Part shown: positions 23,317-34,632 of the stretch, in pieces
How positions within the stretch are numbered: the first letter of the stretch is position 1
Layout of the letters: the number at the start of each line of letters is the position of its first letter
NCBI GenBank assembly: GCA_030167865.1
Contig: JALAGF010000438.1
Coordinates: 62,001 to 126,000, forward strand
Direction of reading: 5' to 3'
Source: Craspedostauros australis
Taxonomy: Eukaryota
DNA: 64,000 nucleotides
Notes under the pieces: model-generated
Told to the model about the DNA's origin: nothing
Seen by the model: the letters and a program-made list of their open reading frames with translations, nothing else
The model's database searches: none
Position numbers and translations under genes: made by a program

Positions 23317-24456
23317 CTATGCCTGCTGAGTCTCCGATAAGTATTTGAAAGTGTCGTCAAAGTCCAATTCGAAGACCTGCAGGGTCCCGTCGTCGCAGCC
23401 CGCCACAAGGAGCTTGCCTGTGACGTTGAACTCGCATCGGGAACAGTCCGATGGCACGTCGAGCGTCTGCGTGCCCTGCGGTTGCACAGTCGCGGAGGCT
23501 ATCTGGATGATCTGAATGCAACGTCCTTCGGCGCATGCGATGTGCTGCGTGCTGCCTCCCACGCTGGGCGCCCACGAGATGTCCTGCACGACGGCGTTGG
23601 AAGACGTGGTGGGGACGTTGAAGGCCTCAGTCCACCGCCGTTTGGTTTCGTCGTACCGATGCACCCCCACTTTTCCGACTCCGCCGATGGCCAACGTGGG
23701 TGGATCGTACCGTCCCTGTGACCATGCCAAACAGGGCACGGCGTTGCCTCCAGCGCTGTTGTCGGCGAAACGGTACGGCGAAATCTTGCCGATCAACGAC
23801 CACTTGGACAGATCCATGACATCCATGGCTTCGTAAATCTGGACGATGCCGCTGCCATTCGCTTCCGCATTCGTGATGGCGAGCTTCAATCCCAAATGGC
23901 GCGGTGCAAATTCAAACGAGCCGAGAGATGTGGTCGTCGGCAACATAGCCTTGCATGTCCAGACCGATGATGATGACACGTCGCCATAAATGGAACTGGA
24001 TTCATCCTGTTGCCAGATCTGCACTTGCCCAGTGCTGCCATTGGCATTGGCAGATATCGTGCTGACAGCTAGAACGTTGCCGAACTCAGGATGTGCCCAA
24101 TTGAGCTTCGTGATCTTGAATGCAGCGACGGCCTGCTGTTGCACCTTTTGTTGCTGCTGACTGGGATCCCATTCCGCAACCAACTTCCAGTCGCTCTCCT
24201 TGCGTTTGTTGCTGTTGTTGTCTTCGCCAGTTGCGGCCACGTTCTTGTGGACACGATCCCAAATGCGGATGTATCGATCTGTCGCGCAGGTCGCCATGCG
24301 TTTGCCGTACGCGTCGTACGCGACCTCCCGGACATCGCCATCGCCACCACCACCATTGCTGGTAGAGGATGGTGGAGGCTTCGCGCCAAACGGGGTGATA
24401 GCGCCTGTTGTCGGCTGTGCTGCCGGCGACGCGAACGTGCTGCCTCCGCCGAACAT
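23317..24456 (-). CDS. SEH1: Nucleoporin/GATOR2 WD40 protein Seh1, 379 aa
   Basis: AYDAYGKRMATC, WAHPEFGNVLA, FAPRHLGLKLA, IYEAMDVMDLSKWSL and DISWAPSVG are Seh1-type motifs. Confidence 0.9.
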   Translation of the reverse strand: MFGGGSTFASPAAQPTTGAITPFGAKPPPSSTSNGGGGDGDVREVAYDAYGKRMATCATDRYIRIWDRVHKNVAATGEDNNSNKRKESDWKLVAEWDPSQQQQKVQQQAVAAFKITKLNWAHPEFGNVLAVSTISANANGSTGQVQIWQQDESSSIYGDVSSSSVWTCKAMLPTTTSLGSFEFAPRHLGLKLAITNAEANGSGIVQIYEAMDVMDLSKWSLIGKISPYRFADNSAGGNAVPCLAWSQGRYDPPTLAIGGVGKVGVHRYDETKRRWTEAFNVPTTSSNAVVQDISWAPSVGGSTQHIACAEGRCIQIIQIASATVQPQGTQTLDVPSDCSRCEFNVTGKLLVAGCDDGTLQVFELDFDDTFKYLSETQQA

Positions 24457-25252
24457 CGTCTTGTCTTTGTGTGTCTTTGCTTGCCTTTGTTCCGATGGGA
24501 TGGGTGAGAGTGGGGAAGTGGGCTGTATGTTAAGGGTATGCCTTTGGTATGCCTACGATCTATGGCTGTGGAAGGCTGGATGATTGCTGGAGGGTTGCTC
24601 AATGGTTTCTGACTACTTCTGCAGTCCTTCGTGGTTTGAATTTGGAGGAGGAACGGGAGAACTGCAAAACCACTCAAATTGCCGCCGAACGAAAATCCAG
24701 CCCACCTCTTGTGTCATCACGCCACAATCAAACAAGGGCAAACTGAAGCTCAAACAACTCCTATTCAAATGGCACACCATGCACCACGCAATACTCTACG
24801 ATTCTGATCTACATACGGAAGTGCTTTGAGGAACAGACGACGGTGGCAGACAGGGATATGTGTACACTTCGAACAATGGAATGCAAAGGACTGGACACTG
24901 ACAACCAAGTGCAAGCAGTGGGCGCATCCCACTTGTTCCTCCGTGCATGCGGTCCAACATTCACAAAGCTCATGCTCGTGCTGTTCCTATTGATGTTCCT
25001 ATTGCTGTATATTTCGATTTGCCGGTCAGTCATCTGCGTTGACAAGCTGATCCGCAGTGACTACAGTATTGGCAGAGTGTCATGCTTCTGCAAGGAACGT
25101 GATGTTGCTGAGGATGGCATTCATCAATTCACTCGTTCACCATGTAGACGATCAGTGAGCCAGTCCTCCTGTACGCCGGGATGATGAGTATGCGCATGCA
25201 CCTATATGCATCTATATGTGCTGCGTAAAAGACTTTCCTCCGCATTCACAGC

Positions 25253-25877
25253 TCATGCCAAAAAGTTCTTTCCGAATTCACCGACTTTGTTCTGCGCAGC
25301 GCACTTCACCAAGGCGTCGCGGACGCTGATGCATTTGCGTCCGTAGTCGTATTCATTGTTCTTGTTGCATTTCTGCACGTCCTCGAGCAGATCGGCGCAG
25401 CTTTCCAGGATCTGGAAGTGAGATGTGATGGCACATGATCGGAACTGCGGGGATATGATTCAGTTGTTTGTAATTCGAATGTGATACGGAAATGGCAGGT
25501 AGATAAAGGAATGAATTGAATTGGAGAGAGATGAGGGCGCCATACATCGGTAACTCAAGTGATAGACACAGCAACACAATAGAGCAACGCAACAGAGCCA
25601 ATGCCTTGAAGCCACGCACAGCCGTATCCTTCAATAGCAGACTGGGATGAATGTTCGTCGTCAGGAAGAAATTGCTCTTGACAAACGACACCTTTCAACA
25701 CAGGGTATCACTCACGGGTCGTCCGACAATGTCAGCAATCTTGATGTCTCGTTGCTCCATCTTTTCCTTCTCGTATACGGCTCTGCTCTCCACACATGCC
25801 ACCTCGAACACCTTTTGTTGGGAAAACCGCAGATCGCGGCAGAAGTTATTCGATTGTCCATTTGTTGATTCATTCAT
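25253..25877 (-). CDS. Small twin-CX9C (CHCH-like) protein, putatively in the mitochondrial intermembrane space, up to 106 aa
   Basis: Exon 1 is 25877-25716 (GTGAGT donor). Exon 2 is 25411-25253 (CAG acceptor, phase 0) and reads ILESCADLLEDVQKCNKNNEYDYGRKCISVRDALVKCAAQNKVGEFGKNFLA*, i.e. C-x9-C-x11-C-x9-C. The start codon is uncertain (MNEST or the downstream MEQRD). Confidence 0.72.
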
Positions 25878-26754
25878 TTGGTAAGTGTGTGGATGCAAAA
25901 GGTAGATTGCGTGAGAAAGAGTAGAGTAAGCCAATCAATCAGTCAATCAGTCAATCGATTGGCATATGCACATCAGTCAACAGTTACCGACAGCCCAACA
26001 ACCCACTCACCGGCGCCATTGCCTCGAGTTCGGCCTTCTTGGCTGGGTAAATTGGATTTGGGCTCATCGTACTTCTTTGGTGTTTTTATCTATTCTACCA
26101 CTGTTGGTACTGGCACTGGAGTCTTTCTCGTTGTTCTTCGTTCGAGGAGATGCGATGAGCGCTGCCTGATCTTGTTTGGATGATGTTCAGAGGACTGCTG
26201 AACGCGACGACGGAGGGGATGGCGGCAACGTCCATCAAGGTGCCTCTCTCGCGGCGTCGATCCTTGGTGCCGCCATCGTGGGTTGCCGACTGTGTTTTTT
26301 CTCGCCATGGTGTGCGCCCACCACGAAGTCGTCCACATCGTGTTGTTCGTTTGTGCCACAGTCAAGTTAGTCGAATAGTGAATAAGGGGCATCCTGTTCC
26401 TCTCATGCCCCTTTTCTGATGCCCCCGAATGCAAAGCGACCCCACAAAGTGAGAGATCTTTCGCGTTCCAACTTCACCACCAAAACGCGAACATCACTCT
26501 TCCTTCCGTGTTGGTTGCAGTCAGTCAACACACGAACATACACCATGTCCATCCTACCACCTTTCCCACCAACACGGGAAATCCACTCTGCCGCATTGGT
26601 ACACAGGTCATACTTGCGCAATCGACAGCACCATTACTCTGCTCAAATGAGACTGAGAGTTATCTCAGGCGTCGATCATAGTCGTAGCAAGAAGACACGA
26701 GAGAAGAGAAGTGAACAAAGATAGCAAGGACTGACTTGATTGATAGTCGTAGAG

Positions 26755-27627
26755 ATGGAGTACTTCACGGAACTCGCCGAGCGAGTGAAGGTGGTTCACG
26801 AGAACGATGTGTTCCTGCCATCCGAGTATCTGTACGAGAAGATCTTCTGCGGGATGCTGATAGTTGCTGCCGGTTGCACTGTGGTGTACCTTGCATCATT
26901 CTACATCCTTGACAACGTGCTCAAGGTTGAGACAAAGTCAGCGCAGCACCGCTCCAAGCTCTGCTACCAGATCACCAACTTGGTCTTCAACACCGTGATT
27001 GCGCTCTCGGGGTTGTACCTCGAGTATATCCTGGTGCCCAGCCTCGATCAGTATGACAGCACCAACGACATCGACATCATCACGGGATACCAGGAGGTCT
27101 ACCTCGTCTCCACGCTCCAGCTGGGATACCAGCTGTGGGCCATCCCCGTCGGCATATTATACGCCGGCGAGAACGCCACCATGATCATCCATCATTTCGC
27201 CGTCGTCATTTCGGCCACCACGTCGGGATGCCTCACGAACGGCTTCCGTATGTACTCCCCCTTCTTCTACGGCATCATGGAGATCAGCTCCCTCCCGCTC
27301 TCCATCATGAACACCATCAAAGAGAATCCCGACACGCTGCAGCGCCAGTACCCGACCGCCAACCTCGTCTCCAGAGTCACCTTCGGCGCCAGCTTTCTCT
27401 TCATCCGCACCTACCTCTGCGCCTACCGTTGGCCGCGATTCTTGCTGCTCAACTTCATGACAGTCTACACCAAGCCGGCGTGGGATCTGCACAAGATCTT
27501 CATGGTGGTGCAGTTCTCGTTGGCGGTCTTTCTCAACAACGTCCAGTTCTACTGGGCATTCCTGATTCTCAAGGGATTCGCGAAATTGTTGCTGCCGTCC
27601 AAGAAGACGAAGACGAAGAAGACTTGA
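26755..27627 (+). CDS. TLC (TRAM/LAG1/CLN8) domain membrane protein, 290 aa
   Basis: MIIHH, FFYGIMEISSLPL, FLFIR and QFYWAFLILK motifs with several TM helices. C-terminal KTKKT is a KxKxx ER-retrieval motif. Confidence 0.85.
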   Translation: MEYFTELAERVKVVHENDVFLPSEYLYEKIFCGMLIVAAGCTVVYLASFYILDNVLKVETKSAQHRSKLCYQITNLVFNTVIALSGLYLEYILVPSLDQYDSTNDIDIITGYQEVYLVSTLQLGYQLWAIPVGILYAGENATMIIHHFAVVISATTSGCLTNGFRMYSPFFYGIMEISSLPLSIMNTIKENPDTLQRQYPTANLVSRVTFGASFLFIRTYLCAYRWPRFLLLNFMTVYTKPAWDLHKIFMVVQFSLAVFLNNVQFYWAFLILKGFAKLLLPSKKTKTKKT

Positions 27628-28257
27628 TGGAGTTTGTGTTTCCGCGGGCCAAGGATGCGGACGATGGGGTGGAGTCTTGTGTGCGAATTTATGGCACGAC
27701 ATGGCACGACATAGCGTGCACAGATGCGATAGATCAAACTGGACCTTGCGAATCAGCGGAATGGTTCTCACTTCATGGGTTGGCATGGTTTGGTACATTG
27801 CGGTGGTTGGAATCCTTATTGCGGTTCGAAAATGAATCTCCACCATCCTGTGGCAGTTATCATTGAAAAATCGAACAATGAAGATGAGAGTGTCATGACT
27901 TGCCATTCACTGATGCAACCTCGGAATCAACATGGGCAATCGACCTCGGCGTTCAAGTCGTTGCTTCCATCACATACGAGCCATCATCACACCGAACAAA
28001 ATGCCATGCGCCAAGCACTGTTGGCTTCTGTATTTCTTCTATTAGGATGTGGCATTACTTGTATTCGTAGAAGCACAGCAACGCATGGGCGACTCGCCTG
28101 TGTGGGAGTTCGGATAGTGTTCACTGAAGCGTAGAGCAGTATTTTAGAGTACACCATACACGTGTCACATTGCAGAGTTTTATCAGTCCATATATGAGAG
28201 CAAGTTGCTGTCTCTGGGGCAGCAGTTCTTCAGCGACCGTCACGAGTACAGCAGTCA

Positions 28258-29857
28258 TCATTCGTCATCGTGGTCCACCAAGGCATTCACAGCGTTGCCG
28301 ATGGTGTAGGCGACAGTTGCGCACGCTCCACCAAGGATGAGAGTCTCGAGCCCGCCACCCCACCAGCTCGAGTTTCTGCAGGAGATGATCACAAGCATGA
28401 AAATACAATAGAGTGAGGTCCGAAGATGGATGGGAACGAAAGTAAGGATTCAGGGTGAGGAGCTGCGTATGTCTGGCACACGCAATACAACCATATGTGC
28501 ACATCGGCATGGAGACATGGAACACCCATGGTGTTCAGGAGTATAGTGGAAACAAGCGCAAGACTTACGAGAATTTGCTCTTCAAGCTGCCGAGCAGGAA
28601 GAGGACGATAGCCGTGACAAAGCACGCGGCATTGAAAAGCGAGTCAGCGCCGGACAGTGGCATTGTTGCTGGGATGATAACGTATCCTAACAGCGGCATT
28701 GCGCCGAATGTGGCGAAGGCGATGAACATGATGATTCCTGTCGGTTGAAGCAAAATGGATGCATGGGTGGATGAATTGGCAGGTAGGCGAATGGAGCGAA
28801 GACATCGCAGAGGAGTGCAGACACATGTGAGATGACGTGTCCACACAAAAAAGTGCTCGATTATTCACATCGCTGTCGAGTATTATATCTCCATACACAG
28901 ACGTATACATGCACGCGCACATAGCTACACAAGCATACAAGCGTACGAGCATACAAGCAAACCATATATATGAAGCTGACGCCACTCACCTTCCTTGATA
29001 CTCTCGGCGACATGATCCTCATCAGGCACCTGCAAGTCCAATTCCTGCTGCATCATGACGTCGACGAAGAATTCCTTGTACTTGGCCATGGTGGTGATGA
29101 CTAACCGGGCATCCTCCTCGTTCATCCCCCTGGATTTGTAGATGTCGATCATCTCCCGAATCTCGCCCTCGGGGTAGTTGTTCATCTCCCATTCCTCGCG
29201 CTTGCGTTCGCTGAGGATCCATTCGTTGTTGGCTTTGGAGGAGAGGAATTCGCCAACTCCCATGCTGAGGGCGTCCGCGAAGATGTTGCTGAATCCCAGG
29301 ATGAGCACGACGTTTGGCGACAATCCGCCACCCGCAGCACCGGCCACGATGGCAAAGGAAGTGAGGATGCCATCCAACCCGCCGAAGATGACAGGTTTGA
29401 GCAGTCCTCCCTCCGATTGGTGCCAATCCTCCGATTCCTGCGTTTGTTCGTGCCTTGTGTCATGGTATTGGCTGTTGACATCAGACGCGGTTGCAGGCGA
29501 TGGATGTGCGGTCGCGTGATGTTACGTATAATACGTGCGAATGCAATCATCAGAATAGTGGTGGGCGGCAGGCGGCAGAAGCGGTGTGAGCACGGCAAAT
29601 AGAATCAAGGCAGCTTTATGAAGGCATCAACGTGAAGGCGTATGGGCATCACAATGTCCACAGAGCGAGAGGGAAGAGGAACGCAGCGTAGTCACAGCTT
29701 GTGACTGCCGTGTACCACGCATGCGAGTATTCTGCCCAACGGCAATCGTATGCAATCATGAAGTTGCGGACGCTTACCGCGATGCCGCCGTGTCTTCGCC
29801 TTCGTAGGCCTTGCGTGCTGCCTCTGCATTCAGCAGGGATGTGTCTTCAGAAGCCAT
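28258..29857 (-). CDS. VIT1: VIT1/CCC1 family vacuolar Fe/Mn transporter, 282 aa
   Basis: Exons 29857-29778 (MASEDTSLL...ASR), 29471-28990, 28737-28569 and 28375-28258, all GT-AG and in phase. Motifs IFGGLDGILTSF, ADALSMGVGEFLS, ERKREEWE, EGEIREM and FGAMPLLGY. Confidence 0.9.
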
Positions 29858-30741
29858 TGTGCGTGCGTATTGGCCTGTTGGTGCGGCTGATGTGTTTGTG
29901 AGGGTCACTTGCAATGCCAGTGTTAGTGGTAGTGCGACTGACAGTCGTCAAGCTTGGGTGCTTCGCTTTGTGAGGCGATTGTCCAGATGGATTGCCTTCG
30001 TACAATACGATAGCCGATGGGGTGTGGGCACTGATTTGATGCTGGTCTCTTGCCAATGTCAATGCTATCGACTTTCGTGTGGAATGAATGCTGATGAAGC
30101 AGAGTGTGACGATGGTATGGTTTGGTGTCATTCGTACAGGTACATTCCACGCACCGTGCTGGTACTGGAACTCGCGGAAGAGGATGTGGAGATTCAAGAA
30201 GGGGAGATGTGGTTGGTCAGGCTTCGGCTTGTCGGCATTGACGCGTGTCCGCAGAGAACATCCGGTGGATGGAAAGAAAGAGATTCCTCGTTTCTCAAAG
30301 CATTGGAATCTCTTTTTGTGTCTCCTTTTCGAGACAAAACAGGACCCAAGACTCATCATGCTTGACTCGTACTGATAACCTAAGTAAAATGGTCTTCTTC
30401 TATCATATTGGACTAGTGTGACTAAAACACAACAAACGCAAAGGACATACTTCAGCATTTTTGTATCATTATTGTCATATTGGATACAATGCCCAAAATA
30501 CGATGCAAATGAATTGAAGGCAACCCAACGCAACCAGGCTCAACTGAAACGAAACCGACACACCGACACAAATCATCTTGCCACCAACACACTCAAGAGA
30601 CAGAAGGAGAAGGGACCTGCCCGAAGGAAAGCGGAGCAGAACTGATCAAGGGCAAGTGCTGCTGCGACCATACATTTACGTTGAGAGTAGAATAGGATAG
30701 GATAGATCAAGGTTCTATATTCTCCGGAGAATAAGCAAAAG

Positions 30742-31785
30742 ATGGCTGCAGCTTCGTCCAACGCCGGCGGCTCATCATCGGGAGGCACGAGCAAGTCGAC
30801 GAAGAAGACAGCGTCGAAGGCCAGCGGCGCCGGAACGAAGACGAAGAAGACGACTGTGCGCAAGAAGGCCACGACGAAGAAGACGGCGGCAAAGTCCAGC
30901 AAAACATCGGCGACCACCATCAATCACGCGACATGGAACTCGGCGCGCACGTCGCAGATGGAGCTGGCGCACCAGCGCAAGGTGGAGGCCGCCAGGATGT
31001 CGGACCCGCTGTGGTACCGCGCGGAGGACGTCGTGGCAACCAACGGCGTGGCCACGCCCATGGCCAACAACTTCACCGTCCTGCCGGAGCAGATCAGCAT
31101 CGTGGAGAACGCCCTTTCGTACAATGGTCTCTCGCGATCGGACATCACACCGCAGGCCTTCGCGTGCTTGCTGGAGCAGGCCAGGCGGTACGCGATCGAA
31201 GTGCTGGCCGATGCGCAGGACTTCGCACACATTTCCAGCCGTTCGGAGATCTCCAAGGCGGATCTGCAGCTATCCACGGAGATGCGCCCTGACAATCAGG
31301 TCGCGATATCGTTGCAACTGCCCAAGCTCGGCCTCATGGCGCAGCACATCAACCGCGTTCCTCTGCCTCCGATTCCAACCCAGTGCTACAACGGCGTGCT
31401 CCTGCCGCCCAAGCAGCACCAGCTGACGGCGAGGACGTTCGATGTGGTCAGCGGCGTGCAGGTCGAGCAGAAGGTCGTGCAACCGAAGATGGCGCCGCCG
31501 CGACCGACGGGGAGGAAGTCGCAACCCAGCTACGGTGCCACGAGAGGAAGGCAGATAGGGATCAACTTCAAGAAGGGATCGTCGTCATCATCCAAATCAA
31601 AGTCCAAATCCAAATCCTCGTCGGCTACGTCGGGCAGTTCGCAAACGGCAAAGTCGAAATCATCGAGCAAGGATTCGACGTCGTCGTCGACGCATACCAA
31701 GTCTGCGGGTGGTGCTTCCGGAGACTCCAAGAGCTCCAAAGCAACCCCGATGGAAGGCGTCACGAGCACGAGCAGCAAGAAATGA
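30742..31785 (+). CDS. TAF9: TFIID/SAGA subunit TAF9 (histone fold) with long basic tails, 347 aa
   Basis: LLEQARRYAIEVLADAQDFAH...ISKADLQL, AQHINRVPLPPI and GVLLPPKQHQLTA match the TFIID-31kDa domain. Confidence 0.85.
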   Translation: MAAASSNAGGSSSGGTSKSTKKTASKASGAGTKTKKTTVRKKATTKKTAAKSSKTSATTINHATWNSARTSQMELAHQRKVEAARMSDPLWYRAEDVVATNGVATPMANNFTVLPEQISIVENALSYNGLSRSDITPQAFACLLEQARRYAIEVLADAQDFAHISSRSEISKADLQLSTEMRPDNQVAISLQLPKLGLMAQHINRVPLPPIPTQCYNGVLLPPKQHQLTARTFDVVSGVQVEQKVVQPKMAPPRPTGRKSQPSYGATRGRQIGINFKKGSSSSSKSKSKSKSSSATSGSSQTAKSKSSSKDSTSSSTHTKSAGGASGDSKSSKATPMEGVTSTSSKK

Positions 31786-32555
31786 ACGCACGGAGTTTCG
31801 TCGCAGATTGCTCTGCTCAACCATTGTGGCTCGTTGTATGTCAACGAACAGCGTCGCAGAACATGAACAGCCAAGACGGGTGATGAGTGTTTGCCACGGG
31901 TTTTTGGTATCCTTGTCACGAGATGGCTGCGGCTGTTTGAGACATCCTCGGACCGCACATATTAGAAGGCACGCATATTTTAGCAAAGTGGGGTGGACTG
32001 TGGAGTATTGCTCTGATAAAGCACCACGCACACTCGCACCTGCGCTACCAGCATTCACAATTCATCTGTTCTACCGGCGCTCATGTGTATTCGTGCACGC
32101 GTCTCGTCATGAACTGACTGCCAATATGCACCCGTCCTCGTGGATACCAATCATATTTGCGAACTCTACGAGTAGAGAGGTCTGCGTCTTCCATAACATG
32201 TGCGTCGTACTCAAAGTGGCTCCTCTATACAGTTTAAGCCTATTGGCACACGAGCCGCTGCCATGTTCTCCACCGGGCACTCCGTATGGGAGTGCAGTAT
32301 CGCAGAATACTATGGTAGTGGCATGGTTTGGTCTTCCCTTGATTGAGATAGTTGTCGTTGAAGGTGCCGTGCGCTGATGCAATCGTGTTCCGCTGTGTGA
32401 CCACACTTGCTGCGTGCGGACGCGATGGAATTTGCTCCGGCAGCACCCTTCTCGCTCGCATGTTTGCGATTCACCCTCTAGCACTCGTGGTCGCTCCACG
32501 AGCATATGCTACGGATACCGCAGAGTGTATTGTGAAGTATTTCGTGAGCATTCGT

Positions 32556-33864
32556 TTAACCCTGCTTGACACCGTACAGGAATCCCACGCTGAACCCACC
32601 GGCATTTGGGAGTCCGTTGACGAGGAGAGACTTGAGTTTCTTCCAGTACACCTTTACATCTTCAGCATCAACCTTGCCGTCACCAGTCTGTTTGTGTCAT
32701 TTGCATGTTGTCGCCATTGTTGTCGTCGAAGCCATTGTTGGCATTATTGGTGATACAATGGTTGATGATCGATCGCAATAGCATGTGGCATTGCCAATGA
32801 CATCAATGTATTTTTCGGCGTCATCGGCACGGTCGGAATGCGGTGGAGCATCGTATCATGATTCCCGAACATCACCCGCAGACACCATGGTCATGGTTTG
32901 GGATTTTTGGATTTTGTTGTGATTGATCGAAACGTGCGCATCCGTTCCAGCGTCAGAGCATTGACGTCAATGCCGCCGGCACCAATACAAACATGGTGCG
33001 GTTTTAGTATGACGCATGGAAATGGGAATGCAGCGCGAACAGCATGTTGAGTGAGGGAATGTGACGGGTTTGGAATGGAGTTTATGAGTATTCACATCAT
33101 GGACGATGAAAATGAAGGTGAAATGCGTGTGAGATAATGATAATGATGGTCGCAGGAAAGATGGCGATAGCGGTGACGATGGTAGTAGCAATGACGATAC
33201 CAAAATTGACCGTATTGCAGCAGCCCTCGAAATAGCTGTTTGAAGAAGATTCTGACCACTTCACAAGCTGGCTGCTGCTCTTCTGTTGCGTGTGGCGCAG
33301 TAAATTGCTGTGCGCGGTGAGATGCCAGAAAATGATCCGCCAACGAGTTCCGCGCATCGCAAAGTCCTCTGAAACGAAGAACATCAACACACATGAGAAC
33401 ACACACGCAGAGAAACGGAGACAAACCGAATTCTGCGTCCGGTCTTTTGTGCCTTTCCTTCGATGACCAGCGCATCATGTTCATGCTCATGTCCACTCCC
33501 ATGGTCATGTACTGATGATGCCCATAGCACTTGTGGGAGCACCTGTACCGTATTTGTATTTGTATTCGTATTGCATTTGCGTTGGCGTGGCAATGCATGA
33601 CAGTTGTTAACTCACAGCATCCAGTGGCTTGACGGCATCCGAGACGATCTTGTTCCAATTAACATCGATGTATCCCAGGTAGGCGGCCGACTGCAATCCG
33701 AAGAATCCGAGACCAATGGTGACCGCGACGGCCTTGCCGACCTTCTTCATGGCGTAGCCGCTGCAGAATCCCATCACACCACCGAAGGAGACCTTGGCGA
33801 TGAGTGGCTTGACCTTGTCGATGGCGGCTTCGACAGCATCCTTGGCATCCTTGTTTTCGACCAT
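32556..33864 (-). CDS. FUN14: FUN14-domain mitochondrial outer-membrane protein, 126 aa
   Basis: Exons 33864-33616 and 32687-32556 (928-bp intron). GGVMGFCSGYAMKKVGKAVA...LQSAAYLGYIDVNWNKI, then exon 2 TGDGKVDAEDVKVYWKK...AGGFSVGFLYG. Confidence 0.9.
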
Positions 33865-34632
33865 CTTGCTTGATTTGGAGATGTTGAGCTGTGTTGTGTA
33901 CGGTTGTTGTGGTTGTTGTGGTTATTGTGAACGCAAGCGCGAGTGCAAGTGCAAGTGCGGGTTTGTGTTTCTGTTTCTGCAATTGTCTCACGTCGCCTGC
34001 CGCAGCCACCGCATTTTGATGACGACAACAAGAACAACAGCAACGCAGGGAGATGACGAGAGACTTCTTTCGCACGCGGTTCGCACACACAGTTCTCCCG
34101 CTTCCTCCCGGACGCTCCCTCTCTGCTTCCGTGGATGACTGGCTGGCCACAGCGCGTTACAATTGTGATGTGTGTACTTATCGCACGAGCGAAACAACAA
34201 CCACAACAGAATCCATTCGGTTGCGAACATTCTGGAAGAAGTGGGAAATCTTCGTCAAGAGGGAGAAATGCGGTTCTCATCCTGGAATCGATCGATCGGA
34301 GATGACGTCGCCGACTTGATCCATCACACGAACGGGTGCACTGGTAGACGGGACGTTTCAGAGCGAAGTGGTCGATTTGGTCGGTACTCGACTGTGTTCG
34401 AAATTACTAACTTCATAACCCATTGCTAGTCCGATCCACTCGACCGCTTTGGGCCTGAACCGCAGATGGAAAATGGCAACAACAGCTAACGCCGCGAGAG
34501 CATCAACAAGCGAGCACCAAGTAACGAGCACCAACAAGCGAGCGCCAAGCAGCAAGCATCCAGCAAGGGAACGAACGCTTCGAGACATCGACAAAGACAA
34601 GACTACAGCAACAGCAGCGGCTAAATTGAACA

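Noticed and set aside
24843..25184. 113-aa + strand ORF with a hydrophobic stretch
   Set aside because: The hydrophobic segment comes from a short duplicated motif (tgttcctattg) in the 3' flank of the CX9C gene, and no homology is recognisable.
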